Shown: positions 40,343 to 53,877, numbered from the stretch's first letter. The stretch: DNA of 64,000 bases from Felis catus (GCF_018350175.1 NC_058368.1:14696001-14760000), one strand, 5' to 3'. The notes: generated by a model from the sequence alone, not told the origin. Translations and numbers: made by a program.

Positions 40343-40570
40343 TTAAAAAAAATTTTTTTTAATTTTGTATTTATTTTTGAGAGAGAGAGACAGTGAGACA
40401 GAGTGTGACTGGGGGAGGAACAGAAAGAGAGGGATGCACAGAATTTGAAGCAAGATCCAGACTCTGAGCTGTCAGCACAGAACCCAACACGGGGCTTGAA
40501 CTCATGAACCGCAAGATCATGACCTGAGCCAAAGTCGGAAGCTTAACCAACTGAGCCACCCAGGCACCCC
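40343..40570 (-). mobile_element. SINEC_Fc-type SINE
   Basis: SINE body; TSD gagtttcattctt. Confidence 0.93.
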
Positions 40571-42881
40571 TGGAGTTTCATTCTTAACAGTCTCAGACCA
40601 CATGTGGAAGCTAAATGTTTAAATGTCTCAAACTGGTCCTGAAATCAGAGCACTCTCCAAGCAAAACTATCTAATTACAAGGTAACTTTTTAGACATGAA
40701 AATCTACCTTGTCCTTTCCCAATCTCCTTCCTGCACGTAAGGTGGTTCATTTATTTATGATGCGACACTTGCAGTGATGAGAGGAGAGAACATGTCTGCA
40801 TACATATGGGGTCCGGTTATGTATTCAGGGGGTAGTGATTCGGGCATGTTGTTGGTAAGATCTGACTGCTTGCTTTAGACTTTAACTCATTCCCTGATCA
40901 TGGAGGAGGTTGTAGATACTCTAAAATCTCTTTTCCCAGCCCTTGTCCATTGCTTGCCACATTATGGATTAGAAGAAGAAGAAAAAAGAAACAAAAAGCA
41001 GATGGAGTCCAATGAGGTCAAGAGAAAACAGACAACTATCAAATGGGGTAGGGGTGGGGGAACTCTCAGGGAAACATGCATTTTCCTAATTCTGTCTTCA
41101 TAGATGCTCAACTCATAAGTGAGGTGGAACTCTGAATTTCTCCATTTGTCTACATTTTCTTCTTAAATGGAATCAATGGGTCCAATTCAAAGGGACTGTC
41201 TATTGAGAATAATGGGAACTGGCCCATGAAGGCATATTTTTGTTGTAGGTACACAGAAACTGTGGGGATGCAGGAAGGGACCTGGCTCTATGAATTAATT
41301 TTTTAAATATTTATGAAAAGTCCCTTGAACACCAGGAAACCTAGGCAACTTGAACAGATCCCAGTATTTCTCAATTCACTCATCTGGTCAATTTACCTAG
41401 TAGTTACCATGAACTTGGGAACATACAGTGTAAAGAACTCCTGCTCTCAGAAACCTCACAACCTAGGAGGGTGATATGATATGTCACCTAAAGACCAGGA
41501 ACCAAATCAAATGTCACAGCATTGTAGGGTGAAGAAGACCCTAAATAGTGAGGTAATCAGGGGACGTTTCACAGAGGTCATCTGGGCCAACTGGGTGTGC
41601 ACCCTCTTTTCAGCTGAAGCAGCAAAAGAAGGCTTCTAGGACTAAAGAAAGCTACCAAGTGGAAAAGCCCAAGGGTTATCTGGTAGAAATTTAAATTAGT
41701 TCATAAGATAAAGCACAAGTCCAGAGGAAAAGTGGGAGACTGAGCTGGAAAGGAAGACTGGGACCAAATCAAGATAGTTTTTCATATGAGAATAAGGAGT
41801 TCAGATGTTTTTGGGCAGACAGTAAATAATGGCAACAAGTCTGACATCAGTGTGCAGGGCAGATGTAAGGGGCAGAGGACAAAGGCAGGGAAGAGGTCAC
41901 CTGGCAAGCAAGTGTTTGTAGCCTGGAGTTCTGGAACAGCACTGTGAAGGGGGAGCCAGGAAGACTGGGGACAAACTGAATGCAGAAGGGAAGGGGGTAA
42001 AGGAGTCAAAGATGATTTCGGGGTAATTCAATAATAACAAAACAGGACTCCTGGAGACCTCTGATTTATAATTATGAAAATGTGTTAACTGGGGTCCCAG
42101 GACAGGCCATGGTTATTGTGAGGGAATCGGGCATGCAAAGCACCTTAGATCAGGGTGGATGAGTGTCCTGGGATTGAAGGGCTCTGCTGCCCCTTTGGTC
42201 CCCATGTGGGTGCTTTGCTCCCATTCTACCAGGAACAGCAGGACAGCCTCCCCTTCAAGTTGAGCCTGGGAGTCAGCCCTGGGGCAGTTCCACAGTGACG
42301 CCCCCTCCCCCCACCCAGGGACAACATGCCCAGAGGATACTCCACTGCCATCTGGGCTTACCTGCTGAAATGGAGCTTTCCCAACTTACCAGTGGGACTC
42401 ACTGCTGAGTTCTATGACCTCCTCTCAGTTCCCATGTTACTGAACTTATCAGATATTTCTGGCTCTCCCTTCATCTTGAAACTTTCTGCCCTGTGACTTC
42501 TGTCACCATCTGTCATGGTTCTCCTGCCTCTTCTGATGTGCTCTGATAACCGCAGATGGTCACCGTGCTTCCGAGTCCGTCCTTACTCTACAAACTTCTC
42601 ACTGGGCTAGAGGGAGAGGCATCCTACACTTCTATTATTTAAATCACTACTATATGCCAGGGTCTCCCAAATATACACTGTTGGCTCAAATCTGACTTAA
42701 ACACAGTTACTTATTCCTAATTGCCTACTGATGTTTCCAAAGCAACTCACACTCCACATGTCTGAAATGTACTCACTCCCTACCACTCCTCTCCTCACCC
42801 CTCAAACCTGCTCCTCATTTCTGACTCCTCTCTCCTCTTCTGGCCTCATATCCAGTTAAATTCCTGGCTCATGCCCTTTTC

Positions 42882-43110
42882 TTTTTTTAAAAAAATTTTT
42901 TTTAACGTTTATTTATTTTTGGGACAGAGAGAGACAGAGCATGAACGGGGGAGGGGCAGAGAGAGAGAGAGGGAGACACAGAATCGGAAACAGGCTCCAG
43001 GCTCTGAGCCATCAGCCCAGAGCCTGACGCGGGGCTCGAACTCACGGACCGCGAGATCGTGACCTGAGCTGAAGTCGGACGCTTAACCGACTGTGCCACC
43101 CAGGCGCCCC
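42882..43110 (-). mobile_element. Young SINEC_Fc SINE inserted in an L2 remnant
   Basis: CpG-rich body; perfect 16-bp TSD ggctcatgcccttttc at 42866-42881 and 43111-43126. Confidence 0.95.
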
Positions 43111-43647
43111 GGCTCATGCCCTTTTCAAAGTCTATCCCATTCCCAACGTTGCTGTTTAAATTTTGGCCTGACAATTTCTTTCCTGGATGACTACGGTGGC
43201 CTCATGGAGCCTTCCGTGGTCCTTGGCCCATCATGGGCAGCCTCTCTCTCTACCACTGCACCACTGTTTCTAAAATTCAAAGAAAAATCAAATCATGATC
43301 TTCCCTTAAATTCTCTTTCACCGTCTAACACCTACAACAAAAATATGCCCTCTTAGGCATGTGCAGTGAATGACCACAACCAATGCGGCTACCATCTTCT
43401 CCAACCCTTTCCTCAAATCTATCATTGGTCATGTAACAACTGTTCCTTAAATATGCTGTACAAATTCATGCTTTTGTGCCTTACCTCCAGGATAAGAAGG
43501 CCCACCTGGCCCTTCTTATCCTGGAAGGATCCTCAAGTCCCAATTTGTAATTCCGAATTTTCATGGAAGTTTTCCCTGACCCCTTTAATGAGATTTAACC
43601 ATTTCTTTCTCTGGGCTGTCACAGCACTTCCTACACAATTACAGTAA

Positions 43648-43649
43648 GT

Positions 43650-43690
<41 letters not shown>

Positions 43691-43709
43691 ACTGGTGTGT
43701 GTGTTTACT

Positions 43710-43752
<43 letters not shown>
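43648..43752. repeat. Interrupted (GT)n microsatellite with two ttactg insertions
   Basis: Directly visible. Confidence 0.97.
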
Positions 43753-43754
<2 letters not shown>

Positions 43755-46038
43755 CTCAATTTGAAAGCAAGAATATAAGCAACCTGAAGACAAGAACTGT
43801 GGTTTAATCATCTTCATATCCTTGGGACTTAATACATGCCTGGAACACAGCAGATGTTCAGGAAATGTTTATTTAATTAATATGGGGCATTTACACTGAG
43901 GAGTTCATAAAGGCAGCTGATGTAGGGTGCTACCTGCCCCCCATACACAGTGGGTCAACATAATGTTTCAAAGTTTTGCAAAGCACCTTTGGAGATATTC
44001 ACCTGCTGAGGGCGAGCACTGGGGGGAATTGATGGGTGCAGGGAAAGAGGACTGAGATTTATATGCAACAAAAAATTCTAAAAACACAAGAGATGAATCA
44101 TCAGCCCCCTTGATCTTCTTGGTGTATTTGTTTTCAAGAATTCCCTTGGAACTCCAAAGCAGCAAAGATCTTCCATAGAATGTATAAGGTGAAATCTACA
44201 TTATAGAACAAGACTGAGCTAAGAAAAAAATAATAGCTATAAATCTGCCTTTGAAGGTGTTTGATATAAATAAAAAAAGTTGACATATTGGACTAGAAAG
44301 CTGATTAAAATTCTCTTTGCTTCCCCAGCTTTCATTCCTGTCTTATCTGCATATGTTGCATAAAATATTTTTACATAAGTGTAAAAAAAGAAAATTTGAA
44401 TAGCATAAATAAGAAAACTGCAGGATTTCCAGAGTCGTATACAACTAAGTTGTAAGCCTGTGGAGGACAGAATGGTGCTTCAGTCATGGTAGAAGGTCAT
44501 TACTAAGCCACCCAGCTTTTCCCTCTGTCAAATGTTCCCCCTTGCATCTCCTGCACACAGCATTGCTGGTCAATGGTGGATTCTCAGTGCATATTGAATG
44601 AATGAATAGTTGTCGCCAAGAGTATTTCTACCTTCAACTATAAACTTCTGAAGGACAAGAAAGTCCAGCAGCTTATGCTTGAATTGATGGGTGTGAGGCA
44701 CCCACTGAGGGCTCAATTATGTTTGCCATGGCTTCTACAGAGAGAGAATCTAAGTAGGTGTTATTCTATGAGAAAAAGTTGACCATCCGTTTAAATAGGA
44801 ATAAAAACTCTAAAGCGAGTAAACAAACAAACAAACAAAAAAACAAAATAACACAAAGTTCTTCTAAGTGATCCAGGAAGAGGTCAAAATTTTGAAATCT
44901 AAAGTTTTAAGGAGGACTGCAGCAATGAAAATTCAAGATAGGTGAATGTGATTTTCTTACACTTTTAATATTAAGAAAACAATATAAAGCAAAACTAAAC
45001 TTTATCCATTTTTACTGAGATAAATTTGGTGCATATTATACTCTTATTCTGGAGATATTTTGTTATAACTTCCTTGTATAGATAAAGGAATTTGTTTAAA
45101 AGAATTTCACTTTTAAATTACACATTTTATGAAAGTCTGTGTTCCAAAGATAAACACACATGAATAAAGATTCAACCCATATTAAACACTCTTTACGATA
45201 CTCTTAGATATTCTCGTTTCTTTAAAAAGCAACTAAAAACCACTTTTCCCATTTCTTAGTGATAATTGCATTCAGTGTCTCGGCACACTATTGTCTGGGG
45301 GCTCATTATTCTTCTTGTGTGTTATTAAGGCTCCTGGTTTCTCTCTCTCTTTCTCTCTCTCTTTGGTTCAAATTGCCTTTTTGGACTCTTTATGTTAAGT
45401 AGATTAATATTAATTCATCAGGTATGTGAATTATGTTGACTACAAATTATTTAGGGGGCTTGACCTGTATGCTTCTTGAGAATTGAGGCTATTTCTTTCA
45501 TCTCTGCATCATTAGTGCCTAGGAAATGCCTGACACCAACAGATCTGCACTTGATATTTCTGAATGTGTAAATGAACACCTTACATTAATAAATCACCTC
45601 TAGGCTTCTTTTAGTTCCAAGAAGAAGAATGAGTAAGGGATGAAGAGAAGATTTAGAGCGGATACTCATTCTTGTTCTAACACTGACTTGCAAAGGAAAG
45701 TCTCTATCTACAACTGACCATACATCAGTTGCTCAGCTGGAGTGAATCATATTAACTTCTCGAATGCTGGTACCTGGGACTAATACTTAGGCTTCTATTA
45801 CAAGGTGTTATGATGTTGTAAACTGCAATGTTAAACCAGGTACCATATTAGTTACTTCCTGGAAATCAAATCTTTAATAAACAGAGGTGAAGAAACAGGT
45901 ATTGAGGATGGCCAGCCTGCATTGTCTACAGCACAGGAAGCCCCAGGTGCCAGCCCTGAGCTGCCACTGTTAACTCTGTCACTCTGAGTCAAGCAGTTTC
46001 CCCAGCCCTGCCTGCTTCCTCATCTCTAAAAACAGACT

Positions 46039-46260
46039 GGGGGCACCTGGGTGGCTCAGTCGGTTGAGAATCCATCCAAGTTTGGCTCAGGTCATGATCT
46101 CGTGGCTCACTCGTGGGCTCAAGCCCCGCATCAGGCTCTGTGCTGACAGCTCGGAGCCTGGAGCCTGCTTCAGATTCTGTGTCTCCCTCTCTCTCTGCCC
46201 CTTCCCCACTTGTTCTCTCTCTCTCTCTCAAAAATAAATAAACATTAAAAAAATTAAAAA
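46039..46260 (+). mobile_element. SINEC_Fc-type SINE
   Basis: SINE body; TSD aaaaacagact. Confidence 0.93.
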
Positions 46261-46721
46261 AAAAACAGACTATATTGTTACATAACAAATAATATCATGC
46301 CTTGATTGTAGTTGGAAGACAGTTAAGAGAACTGAAAAACATCAAAGAGATAAAAATCCTGTGCAAACTCTGATGTCATTTAAATATAAATTAACAATTT
46401 TCTCACGAACAGCAGCATGACATGAAAACTGAGCAAACCTTAACTTTATACTACGTTGTAATCTCTGTATAACATAGGAAGATGAATATTGAAAGCAGAA
46501 ATTGAACTGAAGTAGAAGTGATTTCAAATTTTACATTAATACTTTAGGGGGAAAAACATTCCCCCTAACGTTCTTTCATGTGAGAAAGTCAGGCCTGTAA
46601 TGGTAACTTGGTTTGGGGCAATAGCAGGGCTTTCAAGGCATGAAATTAAAATTATGCACATTCTAGTCTCTATGATTTATAAAAAACAGTGAACAGGCTA
46701 TTTTAAGAAAATGGTGATGCA

Positions 46722-46938
46722 GGAGTCTCAGTCAGTTAAGCATCAGACTTTGGCTCCAGTCATGATCTCACAGTTTGTGGGTCCGAGCCCCGCATCGGGT
46801 TCTGTGCTGACGGCTCAGGGCCGGGAGACTGCTTCAGATTCTGTGTCTCCCTCTCTTTATGCCCCTCCCCCACTTGTGCTCTGTCTCTCTGTCTCAAAAA
46901 CAAATAAACATTTAAAAAATTTAAAAAAAATTTTTTTA
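46722..46938 (+). mobile_element. SINEC_Fc-type SINE lacking the first bases of the head
   Basis: SINE body; TSD aaatggtgatgcag. Confidence 0.9.
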
Positions 46939-48289
46939 AGAAAGGAAATGGTGATGCAGTTAATATAGAGATAATTCACTGATCCTTTCCACTGGTTTTA
47001 AGAGCCATACTTGGGTGGAGATGGGAGTCTTAGGCTAGCACAGGGGAGGGGATTTGAGGCAAGCACTCCCCTGACACCCAGAAGCTGTGTTTGCCCAGAA
47101 AAGAAATGGAAATACCACTGGCCTTTCTAAACTCTGGGCTTAGATCCCAGGGAAAGAGAGTGGTCTTGGGAATGTTCACATAATCGACAATTTTGTGACT
47201 GGGTACTGCTGCTCTGTAAACCCTCTCTAAATTAGTATCATCCAGAGAAAGGTGAAAGGATTTGGTAGCAAATCAGAATCAAGAGACAGGCACTGAATCT
47301 TATTGGCTGTTATATAACCAAGGAATAGTTGTATGGCATACTTTCTAAAACAAAATGAAGTTGAAAATTTTATATGCATAAAGGTCTCACGTTAAACGAA
47401 ATGCAATCAATGCCACTTGATTAATTTTGACCTAGAAGTTAACGATGCCTTCAATGAAATGTAATTTTGGAATGGATTTGGATTTCACTTTCTTTTATGG
47501 AAATGATACTACCCGGCATGGTTCACCTATCACAAATTCTAAGTTGGTGCCGCTTAAATCAACCAGATTTTCCCTAGAAATGAAAGGACTCAAGGAAACA
47601 ATAGAAAACTGAAATGCTTGTTTAAAGCAATCTATTGATTTTGAGGCATTGCATCCTATCCATTTTAAACTTCTAAAAAGAACAGTTACAAATTCTGGCA
47701 GGGATGAATACAAATAGATTCATTGCATTTGCCTGTCTGCTTTTCAGCGTTTCTGAAATTACTTTTGGTAAATGATACATTCCATCTATATTTATAAGAT
47801 TATAATTAAATATATTATAATATTTGTACAATGTTAGAGATGCTGTGCAGTGATTATGTTACCAGTTAATTCTAAAGTGAAATAATTTCTTGCATTCATA
47901 ATTATCTTTTTAAAATTAGATTCATGATTTTTTTAACTCAAATTTTAGATGTATTTTTGGAGTGAAACAGGCTTTTCACTATTTACAAGGTTATTTCTGA
48001 GCTGCAAAAATTCTCTCTTCATGTTTTTCTCCTGTATTCCCCCATTCAGTCTTGGATGCCACAATCAGACAGAAAGCGTGAGGACACTTTTTTCTGCATC
48101 TGTAGTAGAAGAAACCTTAGCAGCAGACAATAACTGTTTCAGAGCTCATGATCTCGTTCTTTGACATGTGCACAATAATCTGACTTACCCCCCTTCCTTG
48201 ACTTATGAAGACAAAATAAAAAATGAAAAAAAAATTCTGCCCAAACCCAGGAGCATCTAACTGCCCAGAAGTCCTAAAAATAAAATGTA

Positions 48290-48620
48290 TTAAATGAATA
48301 AACAAAAAAATAAAAAGCAGAGACAGACCCACAAATACAGACAACAGAGGTTGTCAGAGAGGAGGGGGTGGGGGACTGGGCAAAAGGGATGAAGGGGAGT
48401 GGGAGATACAGGTTTCCAGTTATGGAATGAATAAGCCATGGGGATAAAAGGTGCAGCAAAGGGAATGTGGTCAGTGGCATTATAATAGGTTGTATGGCGA
48501 CAGATGGCGGCTACACTTGTGAACACAGCATAATGTATGGGGTTGTCAAACCACGATACTGCACACCTGAAACGAATGCAACACTGTGTGTCAACTATAC
48601 TTCAGTTAAAAAATAAAACT
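48290..48620 (+). mobile_element. 3' end of a carnivore L1
   Basis: agacagacccacaaatacaga...ggtttccagttatggaatgaataag...tgtcaactatacttc followed by an A-rich tail. Confidence 0.8.
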
Positions 48621-48621
48621 A

Positions 48622-49325
48622 GGGGTACCTGGGTGGCTCAGTCAGTTAGGCGTCCGACTCCTGGTTTCGGCTCGCATCATGATCTCACGGTTCGTGAGTT
48701 CGAGCCCCACCAGTGGGCTCTGTGCTGACAGTGTGGGGTCTGCTTGGGATTCTCTCTGTCCCTCTCTCTCCGCCCTTCCCCTAATTGTGTTATCTCTCTC
48801 TCTCTCAAAATAAATAAGCAAATAAAATATTTTTAAAAACTAAATCAACATTGGGGCACCTGGGTGGCTCAGTCGGTTAAGCGTCCGACTTCGGCTCAGG
48901 TCATGATCTCGCGGTCCGTGAATTCGAGCCCCGCGTTGGGCTCTGTGCTGACAGCTCAGAGCCTGGAGCCTGCTTCAGATTCTGTGTCTCCCTCTCTCTG
49001 ACCCTCCCCCGTTCATGCTCTGTCTCTCTCTGTCTCAAAAATAAATAAACGTAAAAAAAAAATTAAAAAAAAAAAAAACAACTAAATCAACATTTAAAAA
49101 GCTGTTAGATTGGGCTCCTGGGTGGCTCAGTCAGTTAAGCGTCTGATTTCGACTCAGGTCATGATCTCACGGTTCGTGGGTTTGAGCCCCACGTTGGGTT
49201 CTGCGCTGACAGCTCAGAGCCTAGAGCCTGCTTCAGATTCTGTGTCTCCCTCTCTCTCTGCCCCTCCCCTGCTCATGTTCTGTCTCTCTCTCTCTCAAAA
49301 ATAAACATTAAAATGAAAAAAAAAA
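48622..49325 (+). mobile_element. Three head-to-tail SINEC_Fc-type SINEs (starts 48622, 48853, 49112)
   Basis: Three SINE bodies; TSDs aactaaatcaacatt (second) and aaaaagctgtt (third). Confidence 0.93.
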
Positions 49326-49461
49326 AGCTGTTGAAAACAATAAAAATAATGCATATTTATTCTGTTGAAATAGCTATACTGTAAAAGACGTAAGAATTTG
49401 CCCAATCACCCATTATTAAATGTTTCCCCACTACACCTGACATTTTAAAATTCATGGTGTT

Positions 49462-49681
49462 GGGGCGCCTGGATGGCGCAGTTGGTTAAGCGTCTGACTT
49501 CAGCCAGGTCACGATCTCGCGGTCCGTGAGTTCGAGCCCCGCGTCAGGCTCTGGGCTGATGGCTCGGAGCCTGGAGCCTGCTTCCGATTCTGTGTCTCCC
49601 TCTCTCTCTGCCCCTCCCGCGTTCATGCTCTGTCTCTCTCTGTCCCAAAAATAAATAAAAACGCTGAAAAAAAAATTTTTT
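49462..49681 (+). mobile_element. Young SINEC_Fc SINE
   Basis: CpG-rich body; TSD aaattcatggtgt. Confidence 0.94.
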
Positions 49682-50454
49682 AAATTCATGGTGTATACTA
49701 AGAAAGAAGAGAGAAAATATTAAAATTTGTCAATGTCAGAGTTGTTTGAGATCGGGGACTAATTTTGTTTGTTAATATTGTCATTTTTAATAGCATTGAT
49801 AATGTTTCAATTAATGTAGGGCTTCTTTCTCCATTACAACTTTATGTGATTATACTAAATAGCCAAGATTATACTAAATAGCCAGTCAGGCTAGGCCCAT
49901 GACCTTCTTCTTTCTTACTGTTCTACCGGGGCTCATTCGACAGCCTGGGTTTGCCTAGAGAAAATGAGCAATGTCCTTCGGTCGAGACTGAACATCCTCC
50001 AAAGAGCTCAGTTTTAACCTGCTAGCTGGTTAATGAAGAAGCTAAGGTCTCCCGGGGGAGTTTTACATGCAGCAATTCTACCACTCCTCTGTCATTTCGT
50101 AGGAGCCCACATCTCTGTGTATAGATATTGTCTCTATCGAAGGGAAAGATTTCCCTCAATATCAGTTTCCAGGGAAGGGATGACCTTCAGACAGAAATTC
50201 TCTCTTGTCCCAGGGAACTGGCTCTCTGAAGGTGGGTCATTGTAACTTTGGTCTACACCTCATAGTATTTGGAGCTCTGCTCTTGGGTTGCCAGGGTTAA
50301 AGATGGACATTGCCACTTGGAAGCAAGCAGAGACGTAGAAAGAAGTCATCTGTGTCATGCCAATAAATGAAGACGAGCAAGCCCTATCTTTCACCCCAGA
50401 TTAGCAGTCAAATGGCCTCCTGTATTTATTTCCATTTTGTTATCCGTAATTCAT

Positions 50455-50640
50455 TAGTTCTCAAACTTGGGTGAGCATCGGAATCACCTGGAGGGCCTGT
50501 GAAAATCCAGATGCTAGGCCCTTACCTCCAGAGCTTCTGATTCAGTGGGTCGATGGAGGGGCTCATCAGGACTACATTTCTAACATGTGCTCAAGTGATG
50601 GTGATAGTGCCAGTCAAGAGAACACATGTTGGGAACCACT
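50455..50640. mobile_element. MER5A-like DNA transposon remnant
   Basis: gttctcaaactt...gcatcggaatcacctggagggcct...catttctaaca...gggaaccact. Confidence 0.75.
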
Positions 50641-51714
50641 TCCTTCACCCACTGCTCCTCATACTATGTTCCATAGACCACCTGATCAAAATTGCCTAGA
50701 ATACTTGCTAAAACATAGGCTTATGATCCGAGAAGTCGTAAGTGACACAAGCCCCCAAGTGACATTTATGCTGAGATTTGAGTCTCGATGCCTTACCCAT
50801 TAGCAAAACTCATTTCAGAGTTCCATCCAATCTGGGTGAGTCATGTCATATTAAGCAAGGAGTTCTCAGCCCACCCTTAAACTAGGAGGAGCAAACAAGC
50901 TTCATCCCAAGTGCCAACCATGATCTGAGACTTATTCCCAGGCTGGTTGTGATGTAGGGCATGCTGTGAGAAGCGTGCAGAGGCTGCCACCTTAGGGTAA
51001 GTGTCAAAGGAGAAGATCTCTGGAGACCTGTCTGGGGAATAGCTGTAATCAGCAAAAGCCCAGGGAGACGGTAACTCTTAGAGAACCAAGGCTGGGGTTC
51101 TAGCTATCTAGCTTACTAGGAGTTCCTTTTTCTGAGACTCACTTTGGAGGTTTGGTTTTACTTTTTAAGGAAAAACATCATAACATCTCTATTTTTAAGT
51201 ATGGAGGTTATAACTTACATTCTAGTGTAACAGCTGGTGAGTGATGCCAGAGGCAGGGCCTCGCAGCCCCAGCCGAGAGATCTTTGCACATGCTCTGTCT
51301 AAGCCCACTTTGGTGAGTACAAGAGGGCCTCTGTGTAGGCCCCAAAGGTCTTTGTCTCTATTTATAAGAGCTTCTCTGTCTTCATGCAATCAGGGACAAT
51401 CACCTTGATGTACGTATCATTTAATAATTCCCATTCAACAGTTTATAGTATGTAATAAATAATTCCCTTCAATCGTGAAATAGACCTTAGACCGGAAGCC
51501 AAAAAGAAAAACAAAACAAAACCAACCAAACAACCAACCAAACACACACCTTCTAACTGACTCACATCATTTTTAAGACCAAAGAAGGAAGAGGCAGAGT
51601 GACATGGTCATCCTGTGAGCACACACATTGTGTTCCGGCACCAGCACTAGGGCCGCTGAGAGGCAGGACACAGACCAGAGTCACTGTAGCCCTCCCTGCT
51701 CGACGCTCTCATTC

Positions 51715-51866
51715 TCACTGCTTTTAGCTCCAGAGCCGTGCTGGGTCCACAGTAAAATGTGTGTTAAACAGAAGTTCAGCAAATACAAATTCACTGCTTT
51801 TAGCTCCAGAGCCGTGCTGGGTCCACAGTAAAATGTGTGTGAAACAGAAGTTCAGCAAATACAAAT
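51715..51866. repeat. 76-bp tandem duplication, two copies, one mismatch
   Basis: 51715-51790 vs 51791-51866; differ at 51765 t / 51841 g. Confidence 0.97.
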
Positions 51867-52225
51867 TGGAAACTCATAAGCCAGTCCCAAGTAGAATAAA
51901 TGCTTTAACGGAGACTTCTGCAGTTGGGGCCCTTAGCCTGAAAAACTGGTATTTGTGGTGGGAAACGATGCAAGTTGGTAGTATACTTCTATTTGTGGGC
52001 AAATCTGGGTTTCCTGAGTCTTTGCTAAGTAAGTTTTCCCAAGCTTGATGTTTTTTCTTAAAGCTAACATGCTAGACTCTGGCAAATCTGTTCCATCATT
52101 TCAACATGTTCTAAAATTATAAACTGGAATCTACTCTCTTGAAAACCTCCCGCTGTGGGCTTCACACACCCTCTGTGCATCATGCGTCAGAAACAACAGT
52201 TTCTTCATCTCCTTTGGTGCTTTAC

Positions 52226-52342
52226 CTGAGCTGGTTGATGCAGGGGATTTGCTGCGCCTGGAAGGTCCTGGGCTCTTGGTGGTGCTCCTGCGGGATGATG
52301 AAGCTATTTTGGTGTAGGAAGTGGACTTCACCACTCGACATT
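52226..52342 (-). CDS. DCLK1: DCLK1 internal exon, 117 nt, phase 1-1, (E)[38 protein letters not shown]; long and DCL isoforms
   Basis: Acceptor ttccccag, donor G|gtaaag; peptide matches the recalled DCLK1 Ser/Pro-rich linker; frame joins the 95-nt exon. Confidence 0.96.
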
Positions 52343-53655
52343 CTGGGGAAAGAACAACAACCACACATCATTATAGGATCATGGCACAAACCATTCAAAA
52401 TGCACAGTAAACCTGAAGACAGAAGAAACATATGGCCCTCCTCAGTCATGCCTACTTCCTGCCAGCCCGGTGCTTATCTAAAACAAAAGAATCAAGAAAA
52501 CAATGAGAAAAGGGCACAGTAGGCGTCTTAGACATCCAAGTAAATAATACTCTAAGACTTCTAGTTTACCTTGTTTACAATAATATTTTGGATAGACTGG
52601 GAGTCATAGCCTGGTAAAGAGGTGGTTTTGATGGTTTCTCTCCACCCACCTCTTGTGTTATTTGTGTGTACATGTCTCTTTCAGGGTAATTTGTTCTTTC
52701 TTCCGAGAAAAATGTTAGACAAAAGGTCAACCTGGTAAATCAAGATATGCAGTGATGGAGGATTCCACCTATCAAGTCCCAATTGATTGTTCTTGGGAAT
52801 CCTTGCATCGACAGCACTGGGCTTTTACCAGGTGTGAGAAATGACAGCATTTGCTCAGAAGAGGTAACAGATGACCTTACCCTGCTACCAGGGCACCGTG
52901 TGAGCCTATGCCACCACACAACAGTGTGTGTAGGACGGTTCTTGGGCTGAGGATAAAAACCAACTTTGCCTTCATTAGATTTCATCCTTGGTGTTTGTGC
53001 TCATGAATGTCAACACTAAACATCTTAAATAGCAAAGAGTTTTTATCTCCCTCTAAGTGAGCTGCATTGACCAATTATGATGTTGTGTAAATCTACACAC
53101 CTTGTTCTGAAGGAACCACTTTTAATAATGAAAAAATACTTTCATGCTTGTAATGATAATCAGTCATCACCATGGACAGAAAAGTATACAGAATATAAAA
53201 TAATAACTATCAAGTGATACTTTTATTTGGAGGGTGGTATATAAACTAGAATCTTCTAGAATTTCTTTCTGCTCATTTTATATTTAAACAACTTTGAGAT
53301 TAGTCTGTACATGTTGATCTGTTACCAGCCCTTTACACACCAGGATATACTGTGAGCATGTTCACCCTGTCTTTGAGAGAACATTTTACTACGTGGATGT
53401 ACCATAATCTGCTTACCCAAATTCCTACTGTTGGATATTCAACTTGGGTTCAACATTTCCCTCTCATAGATAATTACACAAAAACATCCTTCTAAATGAG
53501 CATGCAGTTATCTGATTATTTCTTCAGGATAGACTTACACCCTGGCACTTGAAATTTAGTTTCTAGTAATTGGAAACCAGTGGGCCCATTGTAGGTGCCT
53601 AAAAAATTCTACTGAATGAAGTGGGAATGAAGCGAGTTTAAAGAGAAGCACTTTT

Positions 53656-53877
53656 TTTTAAAATTTTTTTTCAACGTTTTCTATTTATTTTTGGGACAGA
53701 GAGAGACAGAGCATGAACGGGGGAGGGGCAGAGAGAGAGGGAGACACAGAATCGGAAACAGGCTCCAGGCTCTGAGCCATCAGCCCAGAGCCTGACGCGG
53801 GGCTCGAACTCACGGACCGCGAGATCGTGACCTGGCTGAAGTCGGACGCTTAACCGACTGCGCCACCCAGGCACCCC
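53656..53877 (-). mobile_element. Young SINEC_Fc SINE
   Basis: CpG-rich body; perfect TSD aagagaagcactttt at 53641-53655 and 53878-53892. Confidence 0.95.

Larger units (their letters stand above)
42440..43880. mobile_element. L2 remnant interrupted by a SINE and a (GT)n repeat
   Basis: L2-like segments and L2 3' end (tgcctggaacacagcagatgttcaggaaatgttt). Confidence 0.55.

Noticed and set aside
48622..49681. Regularly repeated units resembling a CRISPR-like or satellite array
   Set aside because: Independent SINE insertions with their own TSDs in a eukaryotic intron; no cas genes.
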